Shown here in pieces: positions 10,232-20,506 of a stretch of DNA of 64,000 bases. Each line of letters opens with the position of its first letter. Within the stretch, counting starts at the first letter, position 1. The DNA comes from an uncultured Pelagibacteraceae bacterium (GTDB lineage Bacteria; Pseudomonadota; Alphaproteobacteria; Pelagibacterales; Pelagibacteraceae), in the NCBI GenBank assembly GCA_902611815.1, contig CACMAZ010000002.1, forward strand, positions 2,178-66,177. The letters are read 5' to 3'. The notes below the pieces were generated by a model that was not told the origin of the DNA, did no database searches, and saw only the letters and a list, made by a program, of their open reading frames with translations. The position numbers were made by a program, and so were the translations under genes.

Positions 10232-10750
10232 TTAAAAGCTTTTGAAGAAATTAAACATATAACTATTTGCCCCAGGATTTTTTTCTCCTAAACTAGCATT
10301 AGATATATGATTATATGAAAAGCCAAATTCTGTACTTGGTGATAAATCTAAGGATAATTGAAGCTCGCTTTTAAATTCCACCAAGTGACCGAGGTCTTTC
10401 CCATCACCCTCATGATATAAACCTGGTGTGAAACTTGGTGTTAAATTTAATTTACCAATATTGTACTCAGCTTGAACACCTGTATAAAGATATGAGGCTG
10501 AGTCAGCAGTTAACATAAAGCCAGTGATAGGTTTAATTGTGCCTATAAGGCTATCTTTGAAAAGATTATCATTCAAATGTTGAATTCCTAAAATTTGAGA
10601 TTTTTTCCCACTATCGCTAAAATCAAACATTCCGGTATAAATATTATATTTGTGACCAGTATCCATTTTTTGTTTTTCATCAGCAAACAACTTTTCAAAG
10701 GTCATAAAGGTGCAAATGACAACTAATAAAATTTTTAAAAAATTTTTCAT
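10232..10750 (-). CDS. PagL-like outer-membrane acyl hydrolase (lipid A 3-O-deacylase family)
   Basis: Signal peptide, HISNA catalytic motif, NPGAN, C-terminal Phe of a beta-barrel. Confidence 0.75.
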   Translation of the reverse strand: MKNFLKILLVVICTFMTFEKLFADEKQKMDTGHKYNIYTGMFDFSDSGKKSQILGIQHLNDNLFKDSLIGTIKPITGFMLTADSASYLYTGVQAEYNIGKLNLTPSFTPGLYHEGDGKDLGHLVEFKSELQLSLDLSPSTEFGFSYNHISNASLGEKNPGANSYMFNFFKSF

Positions 10751-11127
10751 ATTTTTTTACTCTTATATATTCTTAAATATATTATTGCACCACCTAATAA
10801 AAAAAACAATATTGGTATAAACCACAATAAAAAGGTTTTTTTTGAATATCCAGGATCATAAACAATCCATTGACCGTATTTTTTGACTAACATATTATAA
10901 ATTTGATCTTCTGAGTGACCATTATCTATTTGATCTTTAATGTAGATTCTCATACTTAATGCAAATTCAGAATTAGAGTCGTATATAGACTGACCTTGAC
11001 AAATTAGACATCTTAAATTTTTTGCTATGTCATTTTCAAGTTTAGAATAAGGTTCTGTTTCAGAATAACAGTTTCCGAAAAAGTTAACAAATAAAAATAA
11101 GAAGACCATAAATTTTTTTTTAACCAT
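10747..11127 (-). CDS. ccmH: Cytochrome c biogenesis protein CcmH/CycL
   Basis: LRCLICQGQSI..S motif; start moved to ATG 11127, which overlaps the ccmG stop. Confidence 0.88.
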   Translation of the reverse strand: MVKKKFMVFLFLFVNFFGNCYSETEPYSKLENDIAKNLRCLICQGQSIYDSNSEFALSMRIYIKDQIDNGHSEDQIYNMLVKKYGQWIVYDPGYSKKTFLLWFIPILFFLLGGAIIYLRIYKSKKI

Positions 11128-11677
11128 TAACAATCTCCCTGATTTGTTTAACGTCATTGTCATTTATTGGTCCTATAATCTTTATTAAAATTTTTCTATT
11201 TTTGTTAACTAAGAAAGTTTCTGGAACACCATAAGCACCTAGGTTAATTGACTCCGTTCCATCTTTGTCTACTAAATTATATTTAAATGGGTTTCCATAA
11301 TTATTTAAAAATTTTATAGAGTTTTTTTTTCTATCTTTATAATTTATACCAATAATTTGCAGTGAGCTAATACTACTTAAATTCTTAAGAAGATCATTTT
11401 CTTCCCTGCAAGGAACGCACCATGAAGCCCAGACATTAACTAAGGAAAATTCCTTGTTTCCAATAACCTCGCTTAGTTGTATTTCATCAGATGAATATAA
11501 TTCAGGTAAACTAAAGTCTACTAAGTAAGTTGTCTTCTTATTTTTAAAATCAGGAGAATATATTTTATCCTTAATCAATGCTTTATTAAAAACTAAAAAG
11601 CAAAAAACAAAAAAAACTAACATTAAAAAACTAAGAGTAATTTTTTTTTTTACTGAAAACCGCAAATGTACCCCCAA
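11120..11677 (-). CDS. ccmG: Thiol:disulfide interchange protein CcmG/DsbE (start uncertain)
   Basis: NVWASWCVPC, GINYKD, YGVPET. Confidence 0.9.
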   Translation of the reverse strand: MGVHLRFSVKKKITLSFLMLVFFVFCFLVFNKALIKDKIYSPDFKNKKTTYLVDFSLPELYSSDEIQLSEVIGNKEFSLVNVWASWCVPCREENDLLKNLSSISSLQIIGINYKDRKKNSIKFLNNYGNPFKYNLVDKDGTESINLGAYGVPETFLVNKNRKILIKIIGPINDNDVKQIREIVNG

Positions 11678-13514
11678 AAATTATTATTAATGTAGATATC
11701 CAGATCCAGATCATGAATGGTTTATTCTGATATCTAACATTAAATAGTTGCTCATCCTTTATTAAATTTATTGTTATAAATCTATCTTTGAATAAAGTTG
11801 TTTTGATAGCTGCTTCACTCGTTGCAATAACCGGCTGATTATAAATTCTAATCTCTGGATATAGTTTAATTATTTTATTATTTTTATTTTTTACTTCAAA
11901 AGTACCAATTATTGAAGAATAGTTTTTTTGTTCGTTAGTTTTAACTTCTTCAAAAGTTATTTTTTCGTTTTTTGAGATAAAACTTTCTCCAACCTTAATA
12001 TTTTTAATAATTTCAGTAGAGCTAATACTATTAAATAATATTGATAACATTAACATGGCAAATCCCAAATGTGATAAGTTTTGTGCGTGATTAGTATTAT
12101 TTTTAAAAAAATTAGTGAGCGTTTTAATACTTAAAAATACTAGAGAAAAAACTAAAATAATTAATAAAAAATCTTTTTGAGTTAAAAAATATATAGTTGC
12201 TATTGTGGCAGCTGAAGTTAGTAAAAAGTAGTAAATGTAACTCGCTTTAAACTTTAAATTTGTTTTAATCCAACTCATACTTGGTCCAACAGACATAAAC
12301 AAAAAAAATGGAATTAAGAAAGGTATTAAAAGCTTATTATAAAATGGGGGTCCAACCGAAATTTTTTCTGATGTAATTACATCTAAAAATATTGGATATA
12401 CAGTTCCAATTAAAACTACGCTTAAAAAATAAATCATAAACCAGTTATTTATCAAAACCGAAGTTTCCTTACTTAGAAAAAAAATTTCTTTTTTATTTTC
12501 TAAATTTTTGTTCTCAAATATAAAAAAGATTACAAAGGACACTAATATTAGAACAAATAAAAAAATTAGTATATAAATTCCTCTAGACGGATCATTTGCA
12601 AAAGTGTGAACTGAATTAAGTATCCCAGATCTAACCAGAAATGTTCCAGTAACACTTAACATAAAAGTCACTATGCTTAAGATAATTGACCAATTTTTAA
12701 AAAGATCCCTTTTCTCAAGAGTTAAAATACAATGTAAAAGAGCAGTTAAACTCAACCATGGCATTAAAGAAATATTTTCAACTGGATCCCAAAACCAAAA
12801 ACCTCCCCATCCTAATTCGTAATACGCCCAAATCGAACCTAAAAGAATACCCCCTGTTAAAAAGGTCCAAGATATTAAAACCCATTTTTTCAAATTTTTT
12901 GCCCAAAGATTATTTACATACCCGGTAACCATTGCTGCTAAAGAAGATGCAAATATAATTGATGTTCCAACGTAACCAACATATAAAATTGGTGGATGTA
13001 TTGCTAACGCAGGATCCTGAAGTATTGGATTTAATCCAAGGCCCTCGGATGGTATCGGAAAAAGAATATCAAATGGGTTAGATGTTTTTAGAACAAATAT
13101 AAAAAAGCCAATAACAATAATTTGGTGAAATATTACTGTATAAAGTCTAAAATTTTTTGGCTCATCTTTAGAGCTGAAGAAAAAAAACAATACAAAACTT
13201 GTCAATACTAATAACCATAATAATAAGCTTCCTTCATGATTACCCCATAAACCTGTTATTTTGTAAAATATAGGTTTTGTTGAATGAGAATTATTATAGA
13301 CAGTTTCATTACTAAAATCAGATATTATAAAAGTGTATAATAAAATAAAAAAACTTATTACAACGGAAAAAAATTGAAGAGTAAGAAATTTATAAATTTT
13401 ATTTTCTAGGTTTAATAAATTTTTTTTAATATTCAAAACTGAACATAAGAAAACAGCAAAAGAAGACAAAAGTCCTAGTAATAAAGAAAGAAAACCTGCA
13501 TTAGATAATATCAT
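11631..13514 (-). CDS. ccmF: Heme lyase CcmF
   Basis: [45 protein letters not shown]. Confidence 0.96.
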   Translation of the reverse strand: MILSNAGFLSLLLGLLSSFAVFLCSVLNIKKNLLNLENKIYKFLTLQFFSVVISFFILLYTFIISDFSNETVYNNSHSTKPIFYKITGLWGNHEGSLLLWLLVLTSFVLFFFFSSKDEPKNFRLYTVIFHQIIVIGFFIFVLKTSNPFDILFPIPSEGLGLNPILQDPALAIHPPILYVGYVGTSIIFASSLAAMVTGYVNNLWAKNLKKWVLISWTFLTGGILLGSIWAYYELGWGGFWFWDPVENISLMPWLSLTALLHCILTLEKRDLFKNWSIILSIVTFMLSVTGTFLVRSGILNSVHTFANDPSRGIYILIFLFVLILVSFVIFFIFENKNLENKKEIFFLSKETSVLINNWFMIYFLSVVLIGTVYPIFLDVITSEKISVGPPFYNKLLIPFLIPFFLFMSVGPSMSWIKTNLKFKASYIYYFLLTSAATIATIYFLTQKDFLLIILVFSLVFLSIKTLTNFFKNNTNHAQNLSHLGFAMLMLSILFNSISSTEIIKNIKVGESFISKNEKITFEEVKTNEQKNYSSIIGTFEVKNKNNKIIKLYPEIRIYNQPVIATSEAAIKTTLFKDRFITINLIKDEQLFNVRYQNKPFMIWIWISTLIIIFGGTFAVFSKKKNYS

Positions 13515-13930
13515 TTTTGTCCTAGACTTTTTTTAACCTCGGGAGGCATATAATTTTCATCGTGTTTTGCTAAAATTTTATTAGCAATAAATAAATTTTT
13601 ATCCTCTAAAAATCCCTCTGCTACTACTCCCTTTTCTTCTTGAAATAAATTTGGAACGGTTCCTGCAAAAATAACATTAATTTCACTTTTAAAATCCGTT
13701 ATTACAAATAAAATTTTTTCATTATCTAGAGTTATAGAATTTTTTTTAACCATCCCTCCTACTCTAATTTTTTTAGTTATATTCTCTGCGGATTGCTTAA
13801 TTTCAGTTGGTGATTTAAAATATACAACGTCGTCCTCTAAAAGTTTTAGAATAATATAAATACTTAAAATGATTGTGGTTAGAACAGAAATTATAAATAC
13901 AATTCTTAATCTAACTTTTTTACCATACAT
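13511..13930 (-). CDS. ccmE: Heme chaperone CcmE
   Basis: [20 protein letters not shown]. Confidence 0.96.
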   Translation of the reverse strand: MYGKKVRLRIVFIISVLTTIILSIYIILKLLEDDVVYFKSPTEIKQSAENITKKIRVGGMVKKNSITLDNEKILFVITDFKSEINVIFAGTVPNLFQEEKGVVAEGFLEDKNLFIANKILAKHDENYMPPEVKKSLGQK

Positions 13931-13939
13931 TAATCTGAA

Positions 13940-14170
13940 TTAGATTTTGTCAGCAACTGTTCTTACAAATGTTCTATTTGTTGATTGTTTGTAAGCTAAA
14001 ATAACTTTGTCTGAATTTAAAGATTCATATTTTCTTGCAAATTTAGCTTTTTCTTTAACCAATTGCCTACTGGTTACTTTATATAAAACTAGAAAATTAA
14101 ATAATGTGAATGCAAATGCTGACCAAACATAAAGTCCGTATCCATTCATAATAAATAAATCTAAATTCAT
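13940..14170 (-). CDS. ccmD: Heme exporter protein CcmD
   Basis: MNGYGLYVWSAF N-terminus, single TM, between ccmC and ccmE. Confidence 0.85.
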   Translation of the reverse strand: MNLDLFIMNGYGLYVWSAFAFTLFNFLVLYKVTSRQLVKEKAKFARKYESLNSDKVILAYKQSTNRTFVRTVADKI

Positions 14171-14874
14171 ATTCTATTTAAACCTTTGTTCTTAACTTTT
14201 ATCAACTCCACATTATATTTCATCAAAAAAATTAGCACAGAAAATAGTGCAAATGCCGCAGTCATCAAAAATAAAGGTACTAACATAGAAGAATGTATTG
14301 TGCTTTCTGATAAAACATTAATAGATGAAGGTTGATGTAAAGTTGCCCACCAATCTACAGAATATTTGATAATTGGAACGTTTATCACACCTATAATTGA
14401 AATATACGATGAGATTTTAACTGCCTTGTTCTTTTCAAAAAGTTTCCACGATAATAAGTATAAAAAGTAGAATAAGAATAATACTAACATAGAAGTTATT
14501 CTAGGATCCCAAGCCCACCAAGTACCCCAAGTTGGCTTGCCCCAAATTGAGCCTGTAACTAAGGCTATTAAGTTAAAAATAAATCCTGATGGAGCTAAAC
14601 TTTTTGATATTAGTACAAAGTTTTTATTTTTAAAAATTATAACTCCAAGAGACAAAAAAGCTATCATTGAAAAAATCCCGAGGGAAATCCACGCTGACGG
14701 AACATGTACATACATAATTCTTACAGAGTCACTTTGTAGATAATCTTGAGGAGACAATATTAAAGCCTCAAATAGACCTACTGATAGAAAAATTATAAAT
14801 AACACAAATATTAAATTTCTAAATTTAGGAGAAATTAATATTTTTTTAGTTTTCTCAGTGATTATAGATAACAT
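14167..14874 (-). CDS. ccmC: Heme exporter CcmC
   Basis: IMYVHVP, WGKPTWGTWWAWDPR, WWATLHQ. Confidence 0.96.
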   Translation of the reverse strand: MLSIITEKTKKILISPKFRNLIFVLFIIFLSVGLFEALILSPQDYLQSDSVRIMYVHVPSAWISLGIFSMIAFLSLGVIIFKNKNFVLISKSLAPSGFIFNLIALVTGSIWGKPTWGTWWAWDPRITSMLVLFLFYFLYLLSWKLFEKNKAVKISSYISIIGVINVPIIKYSVDWWATLHQPSSINVLSESTIHSSMLVPLFLMTAAFALFSVLIFLMKYNVELIKVKNKGLNRI

Positions 14875-14896
14875 TTATTTATTTATATAACGTGAA

Positions 14897-14964
14897 AATA
14901 AACTGATCAAGAATGTTGAGGGAGATAATTGAAGGGAAACGTTAACACCCTTGATCAGTTTATT
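14897..14964 (-). ncRNA. Candidate structured RNA (long hairpin, C-rich loop)
   Basis: Perfect 15-bp inverted repeat AATAAACTGATCAAG (14897-14911)/CTTGATCAGTTTATT (14950-14964). The stem extends through G-U pairs only on the minus strand. Confidence 0.55.
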
Positions 14965-15021
14965 ATTTATAGAATAATCATTTGTCTAAGTTTTGAGAGA
15001 AATGTGTTGAAAAAATGACTA

Positions 15022-15342
15022 TTAGTTTGAAGGCTTAAAGTAAGTTGAGCCTTTTTTTCCTGAGAAGATCTCATTGATTAAAGGATGTTTAATTGGCTCA
15101 CCTGAGTCGTCTTTAATAAGGTTCTGTTCTGATACATAGGCCTCATAAGTAATATCATCATTTTCAGCTAGCAAATGATAAAAAGGCTGATCTTTCCTAG
15201 GTCTTACATTTTTTGGTATAGACTCGTACCATTCCTCAGAATTATTAAATTCAAAATCAACGTCATAAATAACGCCTCTGAAATCAAAATGTTTATGTTT
15301 GACGACATCGCCTATTGAGAATTTTGCTTTTTGAATAGTCAC
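15022..15342 (-). CDS. hspQ: Heat shock protein HspQ
   Basis: AKFSIGDVVKH, RGVIYDVD, RPRKDQPFYHLLAEN, AYVSEQNL. Confidence 0.93.
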   Translation of the reverse strand: MTIQKAKFSIGDVVKHKHFDFRGVIYDVDFEFNNSEEWYESIPKNVRPRKDQPFYHLLAENDDITYEAYVSEQNLIKDDSGEPIKHPLINEIFSGKKGSTYFKPSN

Positions 15343-15349
15343 TACTTAA

Positions 15350-15377
15350 ATATGTGTATTCTTAAAAAAAAATCAAT
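15350..15377 (-). promoter_or_regulatory. RpoH-like promoter of hspQ (leaderless)
   Basis: ATTGAT-N15-CACATAT-N7-GTG. Confidence 0.55.
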
Positions 15378-15419
15378 AAAAAAAATATTAAATTTATACA
15401 TATCTGGTAGGATGTATCT

Positions 15420-15971
15420 GTGAATAAGTCTTTAATAAAATTCATCACTGATTTCGGGCCCTTAGTAATATTTTTTGGTTTTTATTATAAAAGTGGAAAA
15501 AATCTGCAAGTAGCTATACCACCTTTGATTATTGCGACAATAATCTCTGTATTTATAGTTTGGATATTAGAAAAAAAAATACCTTTTGTTCCTCTTTTAG
15601 GTGGAGCGTTAATAACATTTTTTGGTGGTCTCACAATTTATTTCAAAGACCCTATCTTTATATATATGAAGCCTACAATAATAAATATAATATTTGCTCT
15701 TGCTCTGTTTTTTGGAAAATATTTTACTCAAGAACCAATTTTAAAAAAAATTTTAGGTAAAACCATGCCGTTAAACGATGAGGGATGGGGAAAACTTAAT
15801 ACTAGGTGGATGTTTTTTTTCATTTTTTTAGCAATATTAAATGAGTTTGTTTGGAGAACGCAATCGGAAGAATTTTGGGTAAACTTTAAAGTATGGGGAA
15901 TGTTACCAATTACAATAATATTTACAGCATTTCAAATCCCTTTAATAAATAAATATAAATTAAATGAATAA
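15420..15971 (+). CDS. yciB: Inner membrane protein YciB/IspZ
   Basis: DFGPLVIFF, FIYMKPT, LNEFVWR, WVNFKVWG. Confidence 0.9.
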   Translation: MNKSLIKFITDFGPLVIFFGFYYKSGKNLQVAIPPLIIATIISVFIVWILEKKIPFVPLLGGALITFFGGLTIYFKDPIFIYMKPTIINIIFALALFFGKYFTQEPILKKILGKTMPLNDEGWGKLNTRWMFFFIFLAILNEFVWRTQSEEFWVNFKVWGMLPITIIFTAFQIPLINKYKLNE

Positions 15972-16302
15972 AGATTTAAAACTTGTAGTCGATAATTCTT
16001 TCAAAAAAAAAGAAAATAAACTTTTTTTTGAAAAAAAAGAATTAAAAAATATTTTGGATCTATACGCTAAAATGGTTTCAAAGGGATCTTGGAAAGATTA
16101 TGGTCTTCACATTTCCTCTAAGAGAGTAAGTTTTAACGTGTTTAAGAATGCTGCTGAAAATGCTGTTTATAATATTAGCAAAAACTTCAAGCCTTCTAAT
16201 AAAAATCTTAAATATTTAATTACAGATAATAGAAACCGTATAATTAAAAATTCTGATAACTTGGAAAAATTATTAAAAGATATAGATTGGAAAAAAATTT
16301 AG
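15964..16302 (+). CDS. DUF2794-like protein
   Basis: F.K.EL..ILDLYAKMVSKGSWKDY pattern. Confidence 0.7.
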   Translation: MNKDLKLVVDNSFKKKENKLFFEKKELKNILDLYAKMVSKGSWKDYGLHISSKRVSFNVFKNAAENAVYNISKNFKPSNKNLKYLITDNRNRIIKNSDNLEKLLKDIDWKKI

Positions 16303-16303
16303 T

Positions 16304-17059
16304 TTATCTTCTTTGACCAAAAAGTCTTAATAACATTATAAATAGATTAATGAAATCTAGATAAAGAGTTAATGCTCCCATTATTGCTTTTTTGCCAGAA
16401 ATTTCAATTGTATCACTTGCCGAATACATGTTCTTTATTTTCTGAGTGTCATAGGCGGTCAAACCTACAAATATTAAAACACCCAATATTGATACAACAA
16501 AATACATCATCGCAGATTTTAGAAATATATTAACTAATGAAGCGATAATTATTCCAATTAGACCCATCATTAAAAATGAACCTAGTTTAGTTAAATCTCT
16601 TTTAGTTGTGTATCCGTAAATACTCATTGCTCCAAACGTTGCTGATGTGATGAAGAAAACTCTTGCTACACTTACACCAGTATAAACTAAAAGTATCCAA
16701 GACAAAGATAATCCCATTAATGAAGCAAATATCCAAAATACGGTTTGTGCCTTAGCCGAACTCATTTTGTTAATTCCAAAACTCATATAAAAAATAATAC
16801 CTAATGGAGCTAACATAATTAACCATTTCAAACCTGAATTAAATATAGCATTCCCAAAACTCGTAAGTCCTGTGATTACTCCGGCACTGTCTGTAACTAC
16901 AGACATCTTAAATGATAAAAGTGAGATTATACCTGTTAAAAGAACCCCAGTTGCCATGTAGTTATAGACCTTCAACATGTAAGATCTTAAACCTGCATTC
17001 CAAACTACGTTTTTTTTGACACTTGTTGCTTCAAATATATTTTGTCTGTTAAAATCCAT
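16304..17059 (-). CDS. Bax inhibitor-1/YccA family membrane protein
   Basis: LRSYMLKVYNYM, YGYTTKRDL, AYDTQKIK, GALTLYLDFINLF. Confidence 0.93.
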   Translation of the reverse strand: MDFNRQNIFEATSVKKNVVWNAGLRSYMLKVYNYMATGVLLTGIISLLSFKMSVVTDSAGVITGLTSFGNAIFNSGLKWLIMLAPLGIIFYMSFGINKMSSAKAQTVFWIFASLMGLSLSWILLVYTGVSVARVFFITSATFGAMSIYGYTTKRDLTKLGSFLMMGLIGIIIASLVNIFLKSAMMYFVVSILGVLIFVGLTAYDTQKIKNMYSASDTIEISGKKAIMGALTLYLDFINLFIMLLRLFGQRR

Positions 17060-17066
17060 AGTGGTA

Positions 17067-17094
17067 ATATAATTATTTTAAACTTATATTCAAT
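17067..17094 (-). promoter_or_regulatory. RpoH-like promoter of the YccA-family gene (leaderless)
   Basis: ATTGAA-N15-ATTATAT-N7-ATG. Confidence 0.5.
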
Positions 17095-17125
17095 GGTCAA
17101 AACTGACTAAGATTATTACAGATTT

Positions 17126-18163
17126 ATGAATTTTAAGAAACTAGGTAACACAGATATAGATGTTAGTACAATTTGTCTCGGTACTATGACATGGGGGGAG
17201 CAAAATTCAGAAAAAGATGCATTCGAACAGATGGATTATGCTTTTGAACAAAATGTAAATTTTTGGGATACTGCTGAAATATACGCAATACCGCCTAAAG
17301 AAAGCACTTACGGAAAAACAGAGGAAATAATCGGTAATTGGTTTGCAAAAACAAAAAAAAGAAACAAAGTAGTGCTTGCAACTAAAGTATCCGGTCCTGG
17401 ACCTGGTTGGATTAGAGGCGGCGGAAATCAATATGACGAAAAAAATTTAAATGTGGCTGTAGATAACAGTCTCAAAAGATTAAAAACTGATTATATTGAC
17501 TTATATCAATTACATTGGCCTGAAAGAAAAACAAATTTTTTTGGAAGACTGGGTTACGAACATAAAGATGATAATGATTGGAATAAATTTGAAGATATTC
17601 TCAACGTTTTAGATAAAATTATCAAAAGCGGTAAAATTAGATATATAGGCCTTTCAAATGAGACAGCATGGGGATTATCAAAATTTTTGGAAATTTCAAA
17701 ATTGAAAAAGCTCCCTCGAATGATGTCTGTTCAAAATCCCTACAGTCTTTTGAATAGATCTTATGAAGTAGGATTAGCGGAAATTTCAGTAAGAGAAAGA
17801 AGTGGTCTTTTAGCTTATTCACCCCTTGCGTTCGGTTATTTGACAGGAAAATATAGAAATGGAGAATTGCCCAAAAACTCTAGGATGCATTTGTTCGGAG
17901 ACAAGTTTTCTAGGTATAAAACTGAAAATGGTCAATTAGCTATTGAAAAATACTTCAGTATATCAAAAAAGTACAATTTGGATTTATCCCAAATGAGTTT
18001 AAAATTCTGCGAACTACAGCCATTCATAACCAGTGTAATAATAGGCGCAACAACTATGGATCAGTTGAAAACTGATATAGAAAGTGTAAATATAAATCTT
18101 GATAACGAGATAATTAATGAAATTAATGAAGTGCAAAAACTGTATCCAAATCCATGTCCATAA
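17126..18163 (+). CDS. tas: Aldo/keto reductase, Tas-like
   Basis: CLGTMTWGEQ, DTAEIY, IDLYQLHWP, GLSNET, QNPYSLLNR. Confidence 0.88.
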   Translation: MNFKKLGNTDIDVSTICLGTMTWGEQNSEKDAFEQMDYAFEQNVNFWDTAEIYAIPPKESTYGKTEEIIGNWFAKTKKRNKVVLATKVSGPGPGWIRGGGNQYDEKNLNVAVDNSLKRLKTDYIDLYQLHWPERKTNFFGRLGYEHKDDNDWNKFEDILNVLDKIIKSGKIRYIGLSNETAWGLSKFLEISKLKKLPRMMSVQNPYSLLNRSYEVGLAEISVRERSGLLAYSPLAFGYLTGKYRNGELPKNSRMHLFGDKFSRYKTENGQLAIEKYFSISKKYNLDLSQMSLKFCELQPFITSVIIGATTMDQLKTDIESVNINLDNEIINEINEVQKLYPNPCP

Positions 18164-18660
18164 TTAAAAAAGCAATTTTTTTATTGATTCTTACTATGAG
18201 TTTTACCTCATTGAACGCACAGGAAATAAAAAAAATTGGTAAATTTAAAGATTGGGAAACAATAGTAGTAACTGATGAGTCTGCAAAATTATGTTTTGCT
18301 CAGTCTAAACCGGTCTTACAGTCACCAAAAAATAATGTTCGAGAAGCAAGACTATTTATAAGTTTTAGACCCTCAGAAAAAATTTCTGACGAGGTAAGTA
18401 TTACTTCAGGATATGAGTACAATGTGCAAAACGCAATACAAGCAAAATCAGGTAAAAATAAAATTAAGTTTGACATTTCTAAAGATAATTTTGCCTGGAT
18501 TGCTAGCAATAAAATTGAAAAAAAAATGATTAATGTAATGAAAAAAGGCTCACGAATTATGATAACAGGTTATAACAAATCTGGTTCTCAAACAATTGAT
18601 CACTACTCACTAATGGGTTTTACAAAAGCATACAATAGCGCTAAAAAAAATTGTAGCTAA
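18154..18660 (+). CDS. Invasion-associated locus B (IalB)-like periplasmic protein
   Basis: Signal peptide, GKFKDW, C..QSKP, D.YSLMGFTKAY...C. Confidence 0.75.
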   Translation: MSIIKKAIFLLILTMSFTSLNAQEIKKIGKFKDWETIVVTDESAKLCFAQSKPVLQSPKNNVREARLFISFRPSEKISDEVSITSGYEYNVQNAIQAKSGKNKIKFDISKDNFAWIASNKIEKKMINVMKKGSRIMITGYNKSGSQTIDHYSLMGFTKAYNSAKKNCS

Positions 18661-19325
18661 TGACTAAACAAAATAGTTTTAATTATATTTGGCCAACTTT
18701 ATTTGGCAGTTTTTATAATCCAGAACATCAAAAAATAAAAAATCAATTAATAGACTTTTTTGAGAAATATAAAAAAGATAATCCTGTTGGTAGAAAAAGT
18801 GGTGAAAATTTAAGACTTTATGAGAGTAAGTACGACCTGCACAGACAGAATAACGATACAATTCAAAATGTTTTTAAAAATTTTATAGTTAAAAGTTTTT
18901 TTGAGACTGCTAAGGAAGCAAATAAAAATTATCTCAGTCAATTTAGTAATTCACAACTAGGTGTGAATATTACAGATGCCTGGTTTATACATTATGAAAA
19001 AGGTGGATTTGTTGCGCCGCATGCTCATGGTGATTGTAGTTGGTGTTGTGTTTATTATATTCAGTTAGGTGAAGATGCATCAAAAAAAAATGGTGGAACC
19101 TATTTTCAAAAACCTTTTCCTGCAAGATCAACATTTGATTTTGGAGCTTTTTATAATAGAGAAACATCAATAGATATGTTTCCTGAGGAAGGAAAAATGT
19201 TAGTTTGGCCAAGCCATCTTATGCATGGATCTTATCCTTATGAAGGAAATAATGATAGAATTATAATATCAGCTAATGCAAAAGTTTCCGTAATTCAAGA
19301 CGGAAAATCTGTACGATCAGTTTAA
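18660..19325 (+). CDS. Putative 2OG-Fe(II) oxygenase (TIGR02466-like)
   Basis: W...Y..GG...PHAH...VYY, PEEGKMLVWPSHLMH, RIIISAN. Confidence 0.8.
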   Translation: MTKQNSFNYIWPTLFGSFYNPEHQKIKNQLIDFFEKYKKDNPVGRKSGENLRLYESKYDLHRQNNDTIQNVFKNFIVKSFFETAKEANKNYLSQFSNSQLGVNITDAWFIHYEKGGFVAPHAHGDCSWCCVYYIQLGEDASKKNGGTYFQKPFPARSTFDFGAFYNRETSIDMFPEEGKMLVWPSHLMHGSYPYEGNNDRIIISANAKVSVIQDGKSVRSV

Positions 19326-20500
19326 TGAAAAAAATAGTTCTAGCTTACTCAGGTGGTTTGGATACGTCTATAATTCTTAAATGGCTACAAGAAAATTACA
19401 AAGCTGAAGTGATTGCTTATACAGCTGATATTGGCCAGGAAATGGATAAAAAAAAGATTATTAGAAACGCAAAAAAATTAGGTGTTAAAAAAATAATAAT
19501 TAAAAATCTTAAAAATATTTTTGTAAAAGATTACGTATTTCCAATGATCAGAGGTCATGCAATTTATGAGGGAGTTTATTTGCTTGGCACATCTATTGCG
19601 AGACCATTAATTGCAAGAGATCAAATTCAAGTTGCAAAGAAATTCAAAGCATTTGCTGTTTCGCATGGCGCAACAGGCAAAGGGAATGATCAAGTAAGAT
19701 TTGAATTAGGGTATCATTATTTTGGTCCAAAAATAAAAGTTATAGCCCCATGGAGAATTTGGAAATTAAAATCAAGAACTGATCTAATTAAATATGCAAA
19801 AAAACATAAAATTTTAATTCCAAAGGACAAGAAAGGAGCGCCACCTTTTTCAGTAGATGACAACTTATTTCATACATCAACCGAGGGTAAAGTTTTAGAA
19901 AATCCAAAAAATTCGGCTCCTGAATTTATATTTCAAAGAACAACTTCACCTGAAAAAGCGCCTAGTAAACCCGCATACGTTTCAATTGGATTTAAAAACA
20001 GTGATCCAATTAGTATTAATGGGAAGAAGTTAACTCCAGAAAAAATTTTAGAAAAACTAAATCATCTCGGTGGAAAAAATGGAGTTGGAAGAGTTGATCT
20101 AGTTGAAAACAGATTTATCGGAATTAAATCAAGAGGGGTTTATGAAACTCCTGGAGGAACATTGCTTTTAATTGCTCATAGAGCAATGGAATCTGTAACA
20201 TTAGATAAAGAAACTATGCATAAAAAAGACTCGATAATGCCAAGATATGCAGAATTAATTTACAATGGTTACTGGTTTTCAAAAGAAAGATTCAAATTAC
20301 AAAAAATTGTGGATCTAAAAAGAAACAAGGTAAATGGAAATATTAAGTTAAAACTTTATAAAGGAAATGTTTCAATTCAGTCAAGAATGACTACTAGTAA
20401 TGCTTATTCAATGAAAAAAGTTTCTTTTGAAGAAAATAAAACTTTTAATAAATCCAATGTTGAAAGATTTATCAATTTCCACAAAAAAAAATTAAAATAA
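19325..20500 (+). CDS. argG: Argininosuccinate synthase
   Basis: LAYSGGLDTS, HGATGKGNDQVRFE, KSRGVYETPGG. Confidence 0.97.
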   Translation: MKKIVLAYSGGLDTSIILKWLQENYKAEVIAYTADIGQEMDKKKIIRNAKKLGVKKIIIKNLKNIFVKDYVFPMIRGHAIYEGVYLLGTSIARPLIARDQIQVAKKFKAFAVSHGATGKGNDQVRFELGYHYFGPKIKVIAPWRIWKLKSRTDLIKYAKKHKILIPKDKKGAPPFSVDDNLFHTSTEGKVLENPKNSAPEFIFQRTTSPEKAPSKPAYVSIGFKNSDPISINGKKLTPEKILEKLNHLGGKNGVGRVDLVENRFIGIKSRGVYETPGGTLLLIAHRAMESVTLDKETMHKKDSIMPRYAELIYNGYWFSKERFKLQKIVDLKRNKVNGNIKLKLYKGNVSIQSRMTTSNAYSMKKVSFEENKTFNKSNVERFINFHKKKLK

Positions 20501-20506
20501 AGAAAT

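Noticed and set aside
11631-11677. Possible frameshift or phase variation at the 11-nt T run in the ccmF/ccmG overlap
   Set aside because: Both frames stay open and long homopolymers are common at this AT content; only the ccmG start is ambiguous
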